Of a DNA stretch of 64,000 nt, positions 39,135 to 48,682 are shown piece after piece. Under the pieces are notes generated by a model. It worked only from the letters and a program-made list of their open reading frames with translations, was not told the origin of the DNA and ran no database searches. This DNA is from Patescibacteria group bacterium UBA1396 (lineage in GTDB: Bacteria > Patescibacteriota > Microgenomatia > UBA1400 > UBA1396): positions 98,688 to 162,687 of the forward strand of contig DBQK01000008.1 in assembly GCA_002305195.1 (NCBI GenBank), read 5' to 3'. How positions within the stretch are numbered: position 1 is the first letter of the stretch; each line of letters opens with the position of its first letter. Position numbers and translations under genes: made by a program.

Positions 39135-39680
39135 TTATAACCGAAGATAGGCAAAGCTGCGGATCGGTCGTTGCGTCACTGACTCCACCAGTTCCGAGAC
39201 AGAATCTGCCGGTGAAGTATATGGTAATTGAATTCCTTGACTAGCTAATAATTTTTGTAACTCACTGCGAATTAAACCCCGTGGGTAAGTCTGTGGTTTA
39301 GTTTTCATAATCTCTAAAATACTAATTGTTCCATCATACAAATCCATTTGCTCAATATTTTCCAGGCTGATATACGAAATAATTTCTAAAATTGCCAAAA
39401 AATCACGCAAAACCGCCAACTGCGGGTTAATTGGTGATAACTGAGATTTTAAGCTGACTTCGGTAATTAATCTGGTTTCACCATACTCAAGCCAGCTAAA
39501 GACAATGATGGAACCCGGCTGCAATGCTGAGATGCGCTTAGATTTTAGCTGCCTAACTCCCTTGGCTAAAAAGGAAAGCTTGCCATAACTTGGCGTTAAA
39601 ACATCAATCCAACGATCCAGCTCTTGATAATCTCGAGCCTGCAAAACTAGTCCGATAGCACTACGGGATGGTCCAGCCAC
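39135..39680 (-). CDS. RecO-like DNA repair protein (short form)
   Basis: N-terminal OB fold 'AIGLVLQARDYQELDRWIDVLTPSYGKLSFLAKGVRQLKSKR' resembles RecO N-domain. Confidence 0.5.
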   Translation of the reverse strand: MAGPSRSAIGLVLQARDYQELDRWIDVLTPSYGKLSFLAKGVRQLKSKRISALQPGSIIVFSWLEYGETRLITEVSLKSQLSPINPQLAVLRDFLAILEIISYISLENIEQMDLYDGTISILEIMKTKPQTYPRGLIRSELQKLLASQGIQLPYTSPADSVSELVESVTQRPIRSFAYLRL

Positions 39681-39685
39681 AAGCT

Positions 39686-41842
39686 TTATGGTACGCGGAT
39701 GGTGATGTCTTTATCAAGTGTAAACTCAGTTTGACCGAAGGGCGTCGCAATCTCAAATGGAATTGGGTCGGTACCGCCTTGTTTTTGCATCGACAAAACA
39801 TATTCTTTGTTATCTAAGTTGTAAGGAACACTTAGAGTTGCCCGAATTTTGGCCTGACTCATGGGGTTAAGTTTGAAAAACCCTTCAATTACATCATAAT
39901 CTTGATTTGAGGTATCGATAACCGGTTCATTCTCAAAACCAACTAGTTGCTCAACTTGAGTACCTTTAGGCACATACCATCTTGTCCAGTTATTAAGCGT
40001 GGCATTGAGACAAAGTAGTCCAGCTTCCAAATTGCAATTTGAGGCAGCGTGAGTATTGCGATAGGTTAACTCAACTTCCTTGCGCAAACGACCATTAGCA
40101 ATCTCTTGAACAGTCTGAGATCCGCTCACTTCAGTGAATAAATTAGATTTCGCCCCACCCAGATTAGCGTCTATAATCGTTAAATAATCGCCTTCCTGAG
40201 ACAGTTTTGGAATAATACCGGCCGCGTTAATAGACTGAGCGGCTAACTGCTTGTCTTCATCAAAAAAATACATCTGCGTGTGTCGACCCTCAATGCTTTG
40301 CCAAACAAGCTGCGCTAACAATGGCCATTTATCTCTGGATGTAGCGTAGGTTTTTTGAATGATTGCCTGCATCATCGGCGCTAAAATTCCCTTGCGGTCT
40401 TCTCTAATATAAGGAGTTGGCCGGTCGATAATTTCACTCAAGGCGTAAATAATCTGGGGACAACCACCGCATTGTGGATCAGGTTCGGCTGAAAAAGTTC
40501 CATAGCCAGGGACCTCAACCGGTCCCAAAACTTCAACAACATTGGCTAAAAGTACGGTGTCAACCGCAATAATGCCGTCAATGTCCTTTGGTTCGCCTCT
40601 AATTTGTTGATAATTCTCATAGAAATCAGCCATAGAATTTGCAAAATTAGGATCGATGTTCATATCGCGTAAATTCCAATAGCGCTCGGTGGTTAAATAT
40701 TTTCCCAAAGTCTCTGGAATTGGTGGCTTATTACTAAATTTCTTGTCAAGCTCATAAATATCATCAGATTTTTCCGGAGTTACTTTGCCATCTTCCACAA
40801 AAACCACGGCGTAGGCTGTCATAAAGCCACCGGTAGGACGTAATTCGTTATCATTTTGGAAAATGACTAGGTATTTTTGGCGTTCTCCGGCCCCAGCAAT
40901 GGCTGGTAATTGCTCAATAGCTGGTCTGGCGTCGGTCAAAATAGTGGCGGCTGCTTGAGCACCATCGTGGAGAGCTTTTACATAACTTCTAACCGGGTGT
41001 CCAGCAATATTTTCTGGATATTTCTGTGGGTCAATCTGTTTAGCATAATCATTCATTTCCTCGACTTTGGCGGAGATCGAGTCAAGCTGGGGTGTAATTT
41101 GAGCTAATGTTTCCAACATTAAACCGATTCTGTCCTCGGTTGTGCCTCCCTCAAAAGTGCCCTCACCACTAAAACCTAGTAAGTCGGCGTGAGGCTTAAT
41201 GGCCTCAAGGGCAAGTTGGCCGGCCTCTAGGCCGGCTAGTCCGGCCTGAAGGCCGGCCTCACCATCAAAATAATAACCCCGCACAACAGGAATGAATTTC
41301 AAATAACCCATCTTCTGGAAAGAAGTTTGCGACTTTACAAGTTGTTCTTTAGCACGACTTAAGTGTAAATCTGTTTCTGGTAAATTCTGCCTCTTAAATG
41401 AGTCATAAGCCAATCTACCCTCGGTGGCTACCTGTTGAATATCGCCCTGCACATTCCTGGCTTGAGCATAAACTGTAAATGCAGCTAAAAATAAAACAGT
41501 AATCCCGACCAATAATACACCACCGGTGATACCTACTGCTTTAAACCAACGCCTTTTTTTGGGAGAAACTCCCCGCCACCAATTCGGCAAGTTTTTCAAA
41601 CTGAATTTATCTTTGTTTTTTTCAACTGCACCTGAATTGGAAGGCAGATCATTATTTATTCTAGACACCTGATTTTTAATTCCTGATTCTGCTGAATCTT
41701 GAGTTTTTTTCGATCGCCTGGCGGTAATTGGGCTGGCAAAAACATCGTCGCCCTGATCTAGATTGCGCTCAGCAGATCGCTCAGTCTTCTTCCAATTAGA
41801 TAATAGTGTTTGATCACTCATAATGGTAGCTCCCATCACCAA
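39686..41842 (-). CDS. large membrane-anchored extracytoplasmic protein of unknown function
   Basis: 718 aa, TM 'VGITGGVLLVGITVLFLAAFTV', Ala/Gly/Leu-rich repeat region. Confidence 0.5.
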   Translation of the reverse strand: MVMGATIMSDQTLLSNWKKTERSAERNLDQGDDVFASPITARRSKKTQDSAESGIKNQVSRINNDLPSNSGAVEKNKDKFSLKNLPNWWRGVSPKKRRWFKAVGITGGVLLVGITVLFLAAFTVYAQARNVQGDIQQVATEGRLAYDSFKRQNLPETDLHLSRAKEQLVKSQTSFQKMGYLKFIPVVRGYYFDGEAGLQAGLAGLEAGQLALEAIKPHADLLGFSGEGTFEGGTTEDRIGLMLETLAQITPQLDSISAKVEEMNDYAKQIDPQKYPENIAGHPVRSYVKALHDGAQAAATILTDARPAIEQLPAIAGAGERQKYLVIFQNDNELRPTGGFMTAYAVVFVEDGKVTPEKSDDIYELDKKFSNKPPIPETLGKYLTTERYWNLRDMNIDPNFANSMADFYENYQQIRGEPKDIDGIIAVDTVLLANVVEVLGPVEVPGYGTFSAEPDPQCGGCPQIIYALSEIIDRPTPYIREDRKGILAPMMQAIIQKTYATSRDKWPLLAQLVWQSIEGRHTQMYFFDEDKQLAAQSINAAGIIPKLSQEGDYLTIIDANLGGAKSNLFTEVSGSQTVQEIANGRLRKEVELTYRNTHAASNCNLEAGLLCLNATLNNWTRWYVPKGTQVEQLVGFENEPVIDTSNQDYDVIEGFFKLNPMSQAKIRATLSVPYNLDNKEYVLSMQKQGGTDPIPFEIATPFGQTEFTLDKDITIRVP
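41218..41260. repeat. cluster of GGCCGGCC/AGGCCGGCCT palindromes inside 718-aa gene
   Basis: ggccggcctctaggccggctagtccggcctgaaggccggcctc. Confidence 0.7.
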
Positions 41843-42456
41843 CGGCTAATCATCGCCTTTGGTGTTTTGGCAAGGATTACGATATCAGTCCATAGGCTCT
41901 TTTGTCGAGCATATTGAGCATCCATTTTTGCCCGCTGAACAAAAGGAACATCATTCCTCCCTGAAACTTGCCAAGGACCGGTAATTCCTGGCTTCACGGT
42001 CAAGATGTCGCGAACGTAATCTCTAGTTTCAGGATAACGCATCGTTTGCTCTTTAAGCTCCGCCTCGACATACGCGCGGGGACCAACCATGCTCATATCT
42101 CCTTGAATAACATTGAGTAATTGGGGGAATTCATCAATTGTTAAGGCTCGTAAAACTTTTCCTAATCGTGTAATACGAGGGTCGTTTTCTAGTTTCCAAT
42201 CACTTTTCTTGAATTTGGCCAAAAGTTGACGATTCTTTTTGTGCAGTATTTCATCGGCGTCACGTACCATTGATCTGAACTTATAGAGCTTAATGCTCTT
42301 TCCTCCCTGCCCAACTCTGGTATGAGAAAAAAAGACCGGCCAACCAGAATCGAAAAAAATTAGGATCGGCACAATAATCCAAAAAGGGAGAAAGCAAATC
42401 AACAAAATTGTAGCCACAATAATATCTAGAATTCGTTTAGCTACTTGATAGTTCAT
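41836..42456 (-). CDS. small polyprenyl-phosphate glycosylphosphotransferase (PglC/WbaP C-terminal-like 'bacterial sugar transferase')
   Basis: 'YKFRSM', 'DEFPQLLNVIQGDMSMVGPRA' signature. Confidence 0.8.
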   Translation of the reverse strand: MNYQVAKRILDIIVATILLICFLPFWIIVPILIFFDSGWPVFFSHTRVGQGGKSIKLYKFRSMVRDADEILHKKNRQLLAKFKKSDWKLENDPRITRLGKVLRALTIDEFPQLLNVIQGDMSMVGPRAYVEAELKEQTMRYPETRDYVRDILTVKPGITGPWQVSGRNDVPFVQRAKMDAQYARQKSLWTDIVILAKTPKAMISRW

Positions 42457-42564
42457 ATTTGTGAAACCAACTTATTTTATATTTTCTTTAATCAAATAGT
42501 CTAATTGGATATTATAAACATTTAGTTTGCTCAAGAATATCTTCTTCCCTGATAGCTAGTGGTC

Positions 42565-43683
42565 TTATAGATACTCGTCTAAGTTTTCTGCCTTTAATTT
42601 TTCAACCATTTTCTTAATATCGGCCGATCGACTGCGAGGTGCAATCATAATAACGTCCTGACTATCCACCACCACTAAATCTTCCACGCCAATTAGGGCA
42701 ATTAGTCTCTCATCTGGACTTACTAAGTTGTTATGACCATCTAAACTCACCACCGGTGCTTGTTCACCAGCAGCTCTGACGATTACCGTACCCGAACCAT
42801 CTTTCTCTCCCAACTCATAAACTGTACTCCACAGTCCCACATCATCCCAACCAAAATCGCCGGGAATTAATAAAAGGTTGTCTGCTTTTTCAGAAATGGC
42901 AAAGTCAATCGAGATTTTTGGCGAAGCTTCATACACGTCCTGTAAAACAGGATTGAATCTGGGCGTCTGAATAGCTTCAGAAATTTGAGCTAGCTTGTCA
43001 TCCGCTTCAGGAAAATAACGATGAAAGGCCTCAAGAATAGCACTAACTTTCCAAGTGTACATATTAGCGTTCCAGAAGTAATTACCCTCGGCTAAAAAGG
43101 TTTCGGCAGTTGGTAAATCAGGTTTTTCTTTAAAACTATTGACCTGGTACACTTGATTATTCTCAGCATCACCTGACTGAGATACCAAGTTATCGACCTT
43201 TATGTAACCGAAATTAACATTTGGACCAGTAGGAGTAACTCCCACTGTAATTAGATGTTCTCCAGAATTAGCCAGTTCTAAAGAGCGATTAATAACTCTT
43301 AAATATTCGGCTTCATCCTTTAAAACATGATCTGAAGCAATGTTGGTAACCACCGCTTCAGGGTCTGCCTTTTGAGCTACCAAGGCACCAACAGCCATAG
43401 CAAGAGCTGTATCTCTTTTCATTGGTTCGGCAATAATATTATTGGGATTTATATCTGGCAGCTGTTGTTGAACGGTTTCCACATACTCTCGGTTGGTCAC
43501 CACAATAATTTTTTCCCACTCAATCAGCTGGCTAATTCTTTTGGCTGCCTGTTGTAGTAAGGTTTCGTCTCCGCCTAACTTTAAAAACTGTTTAGGTTTA
43601 TTATCCCTCGACATTGGCCACAACCTAGTACCGCTTCCTCCGGCCAAAATGACGGCAAAGGCGTGTTCAGTGTGATTGCTCAT
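42565..43683 (-). CDS. mannose-1-phosphate guanylyltransferase (start adjusted to internal Met; ORF extends to 43794)
   Basis: 'AVILAGGSGTRLWPMSRDNKPKQFL' ManC signature. Confidence 0.75.
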   Translation of the reverse strand: MSNHTEHAFAVILAGGSGTRLWPMSRDNKPKQFLKLGGDETLLQQAAKRISQLIEWEKIIVVTNREYVETVQQQLPDINPNNIIAEPMKRDTALAMAVGALVAQKADPEAVVTNIASDHVLKDEAEYLRVINRSLELANSGEHLITVGVTPTGPNVNFGYIKVDNLVSQSGDAENNQVYQVNSFKEKPDLPTAETFLAEGNYFWNANMYTWKVSAILEAFHRYFPEADDKLAQISEAIQTPRFNPVLQDVYEASPKISIDFAISEKADNLLLIPGDFGWDDVGLWSTVYELGEKDGSGTVIVRAAGEQAPVVSLDGHNNLVSPDERLIALIGVEDLVVVDSQDVIMIAPRSRSADIKKMVEKLKAENLDEYL

Positions 43684-43687
43684 ACTC

Positions 43688-44842
43688 TTACCGCATCCCT
43701 TTCCGATGTTTTTGCCACTCTGATTCAACAAATTTGATAAATTGTTTTTGCCAGGCGACCTCTGCATATTGGCTTGCTTGACGCTTAATGTCAAGTTTAT
43801 GCCAGCGCACCTGACTTGCCAAAGACATTATTTGTCTTATGGTTGCGGTTTTTTGGTCTTCAAAAAAAAGTCCATCAATGTTGGGTCTAGCAATCTCTGC
43901 TGCCCCACTAGATTTGTTAACAATTACTGGACAACCCTGGGACATAGCCTCTAAAACCACCAGACCAAAATCTTCAACTTGAGGAAAAACAGCGGCCTGA
44001 GCATTTTGCAAATACCAAGCTAGGCTGGCTTGATCAATCCAGCCTACAAACTTAATTAGTCTTCCCTGCGGATCAAGCTGGTTGGCTAGTTGGCGGAGGC
44101 GGCCTGCCAGGGGGCCGTCACCAGCAATAACTAAATTAAACTTGCCCTGGCAGGCCGCCTTAATCAATAAATCAAATCTTTTATATGCCACCAACCTCCC
44201 CCAAGTGAAAAAAAATGGTTGAGTTGGTTTATACCTTGGTTCTTGACTAACTGGTAGAGACACTAGAGGGGGATAAATTACCTTGTCAGACTGGCGACCA
44301 TAATATTTTAAACAACGTCGAGCAACCAAGTTGGATATCGCAATTATTTTATCTGGTCTTTGAGCTAACAAATAATCCCACGTTTGCAGATATTTAAAAA
44401 TTGGCTTAGCCAACCAACGAATAAAATTTGGTATCTGCTGCAAATAAAAATTTCGATGCGACCACAAATACCTAGTTGGAGTTAGTAAGTAACACAAATG
44501 CAGTTGTTCCGGCTTGGTGATAACCCCCTTAGCCGCCTCTGAGGTAACACTAATAACTAAATCATATTTTTCAAGCTCAACACTTTCAAAAATCCAGGGC
44601 ATTAACCAACCCAACCAACGATGTTTACTAGCTAAAAAAGAATTGTTCACAACTGCGTTAACTGACCATGACTTTGCCCAAGGAGCCCCTACCGGATCAT
44701 AAACCGAGGTTACTAACTCGGCTTGAGGTAATAGTTTCTTAATCTGCTTAAGAATTTGCTCGGCTCCGCCTCGACTATTTACTCGATCATAAATAACCGC
44801 TATTTTCAGATCAGCTAACTTGGCTGGAAATTGATACTGCAT
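43688..44842 (-). CDS. GT4 family glycosyltransferase
   Basis: C-terminal GT-B 'VFPQVEDFGLVVLEAMSQGCPVI' EX7E-like motif. Confidence 0.65.
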   Translation of the reverse strand: MQYQFPAKLADLKIAVIYDRVNSRGGAEQILKQIKKLLPQAELVTSVYDPVGAPWAKSWSVNAVVNNSFLASKHRWLGWLMPWIFESVELEKYDLVISVTSEAAKGVITKPEQLHLCYLLTPTRYLWSHRNFYLQQIPNFIRWLAKPIFKYLQTWDYLLAQRPDKIIAISNLVARRCLKYYGRQSDKVIYPPLVSLPVSQEPRYKPTQPFFFTWGRLVAYKRFDLLIKAACQGKFNLVIAGDGPLAGRLRQLANQLDPQGRLIKFVGWIDQASLAWYLQNAQAAVFPQVEDFGLVVLEAMSQGCPVIVNKSSGAAEIARPNIDGLFFEDQKTATIRQIMSLASQVRWHKLDIKRQASQYAEVAWQKQFIKFVESEWQKHRKGMR

Positions 44843-44854
44843 AACAACTTAAAC

Positions 44855-46009
44855 TTAATTAGTGTTTTTGTGGTTCAACACTGTTTCATATGCTTGCCAG
44901 GTTTTAGCCGCCGCCTTTTTCCAAGTAAAGCTTCGTGCCCACTGCTGAGCAAGTTTTAACTGCTTAATTGAGGGTGGATTTTGTTCCAAAGTTTGAAGCT
45001 TTTGCACCAAATCTTCCGGTTGATAAGGGTTAAAAAAATCAGCTTTGTCTTGATAAACTTCTCTAAAAACAGGAATGTCGGATACAACTACCGGCAAACC
45101 AACCGCTAGGGCCTCCAGTCCAGTTAAACCAAATCCTTCTGCTAAAGATGGTTGAATTAAGGCGAGAGCATTTTGGTAAATAGCCATTAGTCGTTGATCA
45201 TTTTGCCCAATTAAAATTTTTACCCTATCTGCTAATCCATTCTGCTTAACCATTTTTTTGAATTCCTGGGTGAAAACCGATCGACTGGTAGCGACAATCA
45301 GATGCAACCACTCCATTTTGGTTAGTGCTTCCAAAACAACATCGACATTCTTATGCGGGTACAAGCTGCCTGTATAAACAACGTATGGCGCCCTTTCTTT
45401 AGTTTTTGCCGCTCGTTTTTGCTCTCCCACTGATGGTGCGCTCAAAAACACCTGACTAATCCCTTCTGATGTGACCAATACCTGATTTTTACGACCAACG
45501 ATTTGCTTAATTTGTTTTTTAACCTCCTGCGTAGGAACTAAAACAACCTCAGCACTTTTAATAGCGCTTCGACTTACGAAACGATAGGCCAAGTATTTTA
45601 AACGATATTGCCAGGGAGCTAAGGTTGTGGCTCGAGGGTCACGCTGTTGATGCCAAAGCAAATCATGAATCGTAACAATGGTATCTTTTCGGTAAAGCCA
45701 AGGTACGTTAAAGTGTGGTATATGCAAGCAATCTAAATTGGCGTGGTAAAAATACCATGGTAGAACTAATTGCTCAGCTAGGCTGTAATGTTTAATCGGC
45801 ACCACCACGATCTCACACTGAGGTATATCTTTTAACCAAGGTAGTTGATTCTTGTCAGCAAGAAAAATAACCCACTTAATCTTGATTGGTAACTTATTAG
45901 TGAAATTAATGAGTTCGCGGAGAATCTCTTCACTGTATCGTCCTATACCAGCGTGCTCTATGCCGGCCAAACGAGCATCAAAACCTAATCTGAATTGTTT
46001 GGCCGGCAT
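44855..46009 (-). CDS. GT4 family glycosyltransferase
   Basis: 'LIQPSLAEGFGLTGLEALAVGLPVVVSD'. Confidence 0.7.
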   Translation of the reverse strand: MPAKQFRLGFDARLAGIEHAGIGRYSEEILRELINFTNKLPIKIKWVIFLADKNQLPWLKDIPQCEIVVVPIKHYSLAEQLVLPWYFYHANLDCLHIPHFNVPWLYRKDTIVTIHDLLWHQQRDPRATTLAPWQYRLKYLAYRFVSRSAIKSAEVVLVPTQEVKKQIKQIVGRKNQVLVTSEGISQVFLSAPSVGEQKRAAKTKERAPYVVYTGSLYPHKNVDVVLEALTKMEWLHLIVATSRSVFTQEFKKMVKQNGLADRVKILIGQNDQRLMAIYQNALALIQPSLAEGFGLTGLEALAVGLPVVVSDIPVFREVYQDKADFFNPYQPEDLVQKLQTLEQNPPSIKQLKLAQQWARSFTWKKAAAKTWQAYETVLNHKNTN

Positions 46010-46090
46010 AACATCTCCTTGAATTGGCTAAATCAATTTAGCTACCAATTACTGTCATTATGCCATTTTTAATTGGCAGTTAGCGACTGA

Positions 46091-46573
46091 TTATTTTTTG
46101 CTCGATCGGCGAGAGCTACTTTTCTTTGCAGTCGATTTCTTAGCAGTACTTTTACTAGCTGAAGCGGTTTTTTTACTTGTTGAGGTAGCTTTCTTTTTGC
46201 CAGTTTGACTCGATTTTGATTCAGGTGCAGATTCTGATTCTAGCTGGCTTAAATCGGCTTCGTCAAAAGCATATTGCATTAACTCAATATCACGTCTGAG
46301 TTGGCGAATCTTTCGTCCACGCAAATAATTGCCAATCAAAGCATAAACAAAGAAAAAGGCGGCAATAGCATACGCGCCGGTGGGAATGTTAGCTAAAAAC
46401 TCTGACTGTGCCTGAGTAAATTCACCATTTTGCATAAAATAATCAAAAATGATTTGAGGCAAAAGAATAGCGGTAATAATTGCCATAAAGCTAATCAAGA
46501 ATGCCTCCACTGCGGCAGTTAAACGGTTCTGTTGTTCGTTTTGAATCTCGAACTGAAGATTACTTAGATGCAT
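46091..46573 (-). CDS. membrane protein with Lys/Ser/Thr-rich C-terminal tail
   Basis: two TM segments then 'KKATSTSKKTASASKSTAKKSTAKKSSSRRSSKK'. Confidence 0.4.
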   Translation of the reverse strand: MHLSNLQFEIQNEQQNRLTAAVEAFLISFMAIITAILLPQIIFDYFMQNGEFTQAQSEFLANIPTGAYAIAAFFFVYALIGNYLRGRKIRQLRRDIELMQYAFDEADLSQLESESAPESKSSQTGKKKATSTSKKTASASKSTAKKSTAKKSSSRRSSKK

Positions 46574-46577
46574 ACTT

Positions 46578-47501
46578 TTAGTTCCTTTCTTGTTGCAACT
46601 TCACTTTCTTAAGTGTCTTAATCATAACAAATGATAACAAAAGTACCAGTCTCGAATATTTACTAGCATAATGCTTCTGCATAAACTGCCACATCGTGTC
46701 ATAAAAGGCAGCTATTGTTCGGCGACGTGTAGCTAAATCAGACTGCTTTTGGCCCGATTTATGCTTGTGATGCAAAATCTCGATACTGGGGTCATAAATT
46801 ATTCTCCAACCAGCTTCTTTAAATCGATAGCACCAATCAATATCTTCAGCGTACATAAAAAATTGTTCGTCTAATAAGCCAACCTCTTTGATTGCTGACA
46901 GTCGAACCAACATTGCCGCCCCACTGCAGGCCTCAATATCATGTTTGGTATCAAGATCTAGATAACTTAGTCTGTAACCCGCAACCGGCTTAAATTTTGG
47001 CAACCATTTAGCAATACCGCTGTAATACATTAAGGCGTTCCAGGGTGTAGGAAAACCGCGGTGACAAGCGTGATCAACCTTACCACTTGGAAGAATGACC
47101 TTGGGCGTAACCACCCCAACCGACTGATCATTAAAATTCTCAAGTAGTGAAAGTAAATTGGTATTAGGCAAAAACTCTGTATCGGAATTAAGCAACATGG
47201 CATAATCTGTCTTTACCTGGGACAAACCCAAGTTATTGCCGCCAGCAAAACCTAGATTTTCGTTGCTTCTAATCCATTCTAACCAAGGAAATTTCTTTTT
47301 AAACTGAATTGACTTGTCTTGTTTGGAACCATTATCGACCACAATAACCTTGATTGATTTGGGACCTTGTTGATCATCAATCCAATTTGACAAATCTTGA
47401 AAAGACAATAAACACTTCCGTAGCCAACCCCAGCCGTTATAGTTGACCAAAATAATCGTAAGCTGATAATCAGATTGTGGTTGATGTTGCTGTTTCTTCA
47501 T
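46578..47501 (-). CDS. GT2 family glycosyltransferase
   Basis: 'LTIILVNYNGW', 'VVDNGS', DXD-like 'NSDTE'. Confidence 0.65.
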   Translation of the reverse strand: MKKQQHQPQSDYQLTIILVNYNGWGWLRKCLLSFQDLSNWIDDQQGPKSIKVIVVDNGSKQDKSIQFKKKFPWLEWIRSNENLGFAGGNNLGLSQVKTDYAMLLNSDTEFLPNTNLLSLLENFNDQSVGVVTPKVILPSGKVDHACHRGFPTPWNALMYYSGIAKWLPKFKPVAGYRLSYLDLDTKHDIEACSGAAMLVRLSAIKEVGLLDEQFFMYAEDIDWCYRFKEAGWRIIYDPSIEILHHKHKSGQKQSDLATRRRTIAAFYDTMWQFMQKHYASKYSRLVLLLSFVMIKTLKKVKLQQERN

Positions 47502-48681
47502 ATACCTTCAATAAACTGCTGGCAATATTTTCCCAGCTAAAGCGTTTTTCAACAAACTCTTGGCTGGCTCGGCCCATTTTTGTCTGGAGCTGAGGATTTT
47601 GTAATAATTTTATAGCTGCTGCCGCCAGTTCATTAGCTGTATCGGCTTCAAAATAATGAAGATTTGGCTCAGCCTTTATACCTTCAAAAGCAATTGTAGT
47701 TCCAACTACTGGAGTTTGAGAAACCATTGCCTCAAGTACTTTGTATCTAGTGCCTTTGCCACTAAAAACAGGAGCTATCAATAGGTTTGCCCGTGCGTAT
47801 TCATGACGAATATCAGCAACTCGGCCAGTAATTTCAATGCTCTCATCTATACTGCCATAGCTAATAATTTTTTTGGTAGGTGATGAACCCACAATTCTTA
47901 ATCTTGCTTTTGGCACTGCTTGTTTAACCAGTGGCCAAACCTTTTCGACTAAAAACTCAACTGCCTCGACATTTGGTAACCAGTGAAAAGTTCCTACGAA
48001 AAGAACTGTGGGAGTTTTGTCCAATTTCTTTTTTACTTGATTAAAAAATCTAACATCAACCCCATTGCTAACTACGTCAATTTTGGTCAAGGATGGCTCA
48101 ACCTGTTTAATAAACTCACGATCATTTTCCGAAACTGTCACTAATCTGTGACATCGACGCCAGTAATGCTTTTCCCAAAACCTTATCTTGGCAATATCTA
48201 GGTTAAAAATTGGACGCAGCCAAGCCTGACGCTGACATATCTTGGCGGCAAAATCTTCATAACCTAAATACTCAATAGTCTGTTCCACCAAAATAGTTGG
48301 CAAATTGGTACGAGGAATGTTGGGCATCATATAAAAAGTTTCAACGTGGATAAGATCATAATTCGAGTTGGCAAGTTCTTGAGCGATCTCCTTTTTTAAA
48401 GACAAAACTAGATTGCGGGTCACTACGAAAGGAAAAGGTGTTAGAGCTGCTAATAAAATATTGCGTGGGTGCCAAGGATTTTTGGTTCGTTTAAAAACCT
48501 TGATTTTGTCACAGAATGGCTCCAGTTCTTTGATATATTCTTTTTCTTCTTCATCCTTAATAAGAGCAAACAAAGTTACCTGATGTTTTTTGGAGATTTG
48601 TTTTAGCAAGTTGTAGGTCCGCACCTGACCGCCACTTAAAAGTGGATACGGCAAATATGGCGTCAGCATAAAAATCCGCAT
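47470..48681 (-). CDS. GT4 family glycosyltransferase
   Basis: 'GGQVRTYNLLKQIS', C-terminal 'SGKGTRYKVLEAMVSQTPVV'. Confidence 0.7.
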   Translation of the reverse strand: MRIFMLTPYLPYPLLSGGQVRTYNLLKQISKKHQVTLFALIKDEEEKEYIKELEPFCDKIKVFKRTKNPWHPRNILLAALTPFPFVVTRNLVLSLKKEIAQELANSNYDLIHVETFYMMPNIPRTNLPTILVEQTIEYLGYEDFAAKICQRQAWLRPIFNLDIAKIRFWEKHYWRRCHRLVTVSENDREFIKQVEPSLTKIDVVSNGVDVRFFNQVKKKLDKTPTVLFVGTFHWLPNVEAVEFLVEKVWPLVKQAVPKARLRIVGSSPTKKIISYGSIDESIEITGRVADIRHEYARANLLIAPVFSGKGTRYKVLEAMVSQTPVVGTTIAFEGIKAEPNLHYFEADTANELAAAAIKLLQNPQLQTKMGRASQEFVEKRFSWENIASSLLKVYEETATSTTI

Positions 48682-48682
48682 T

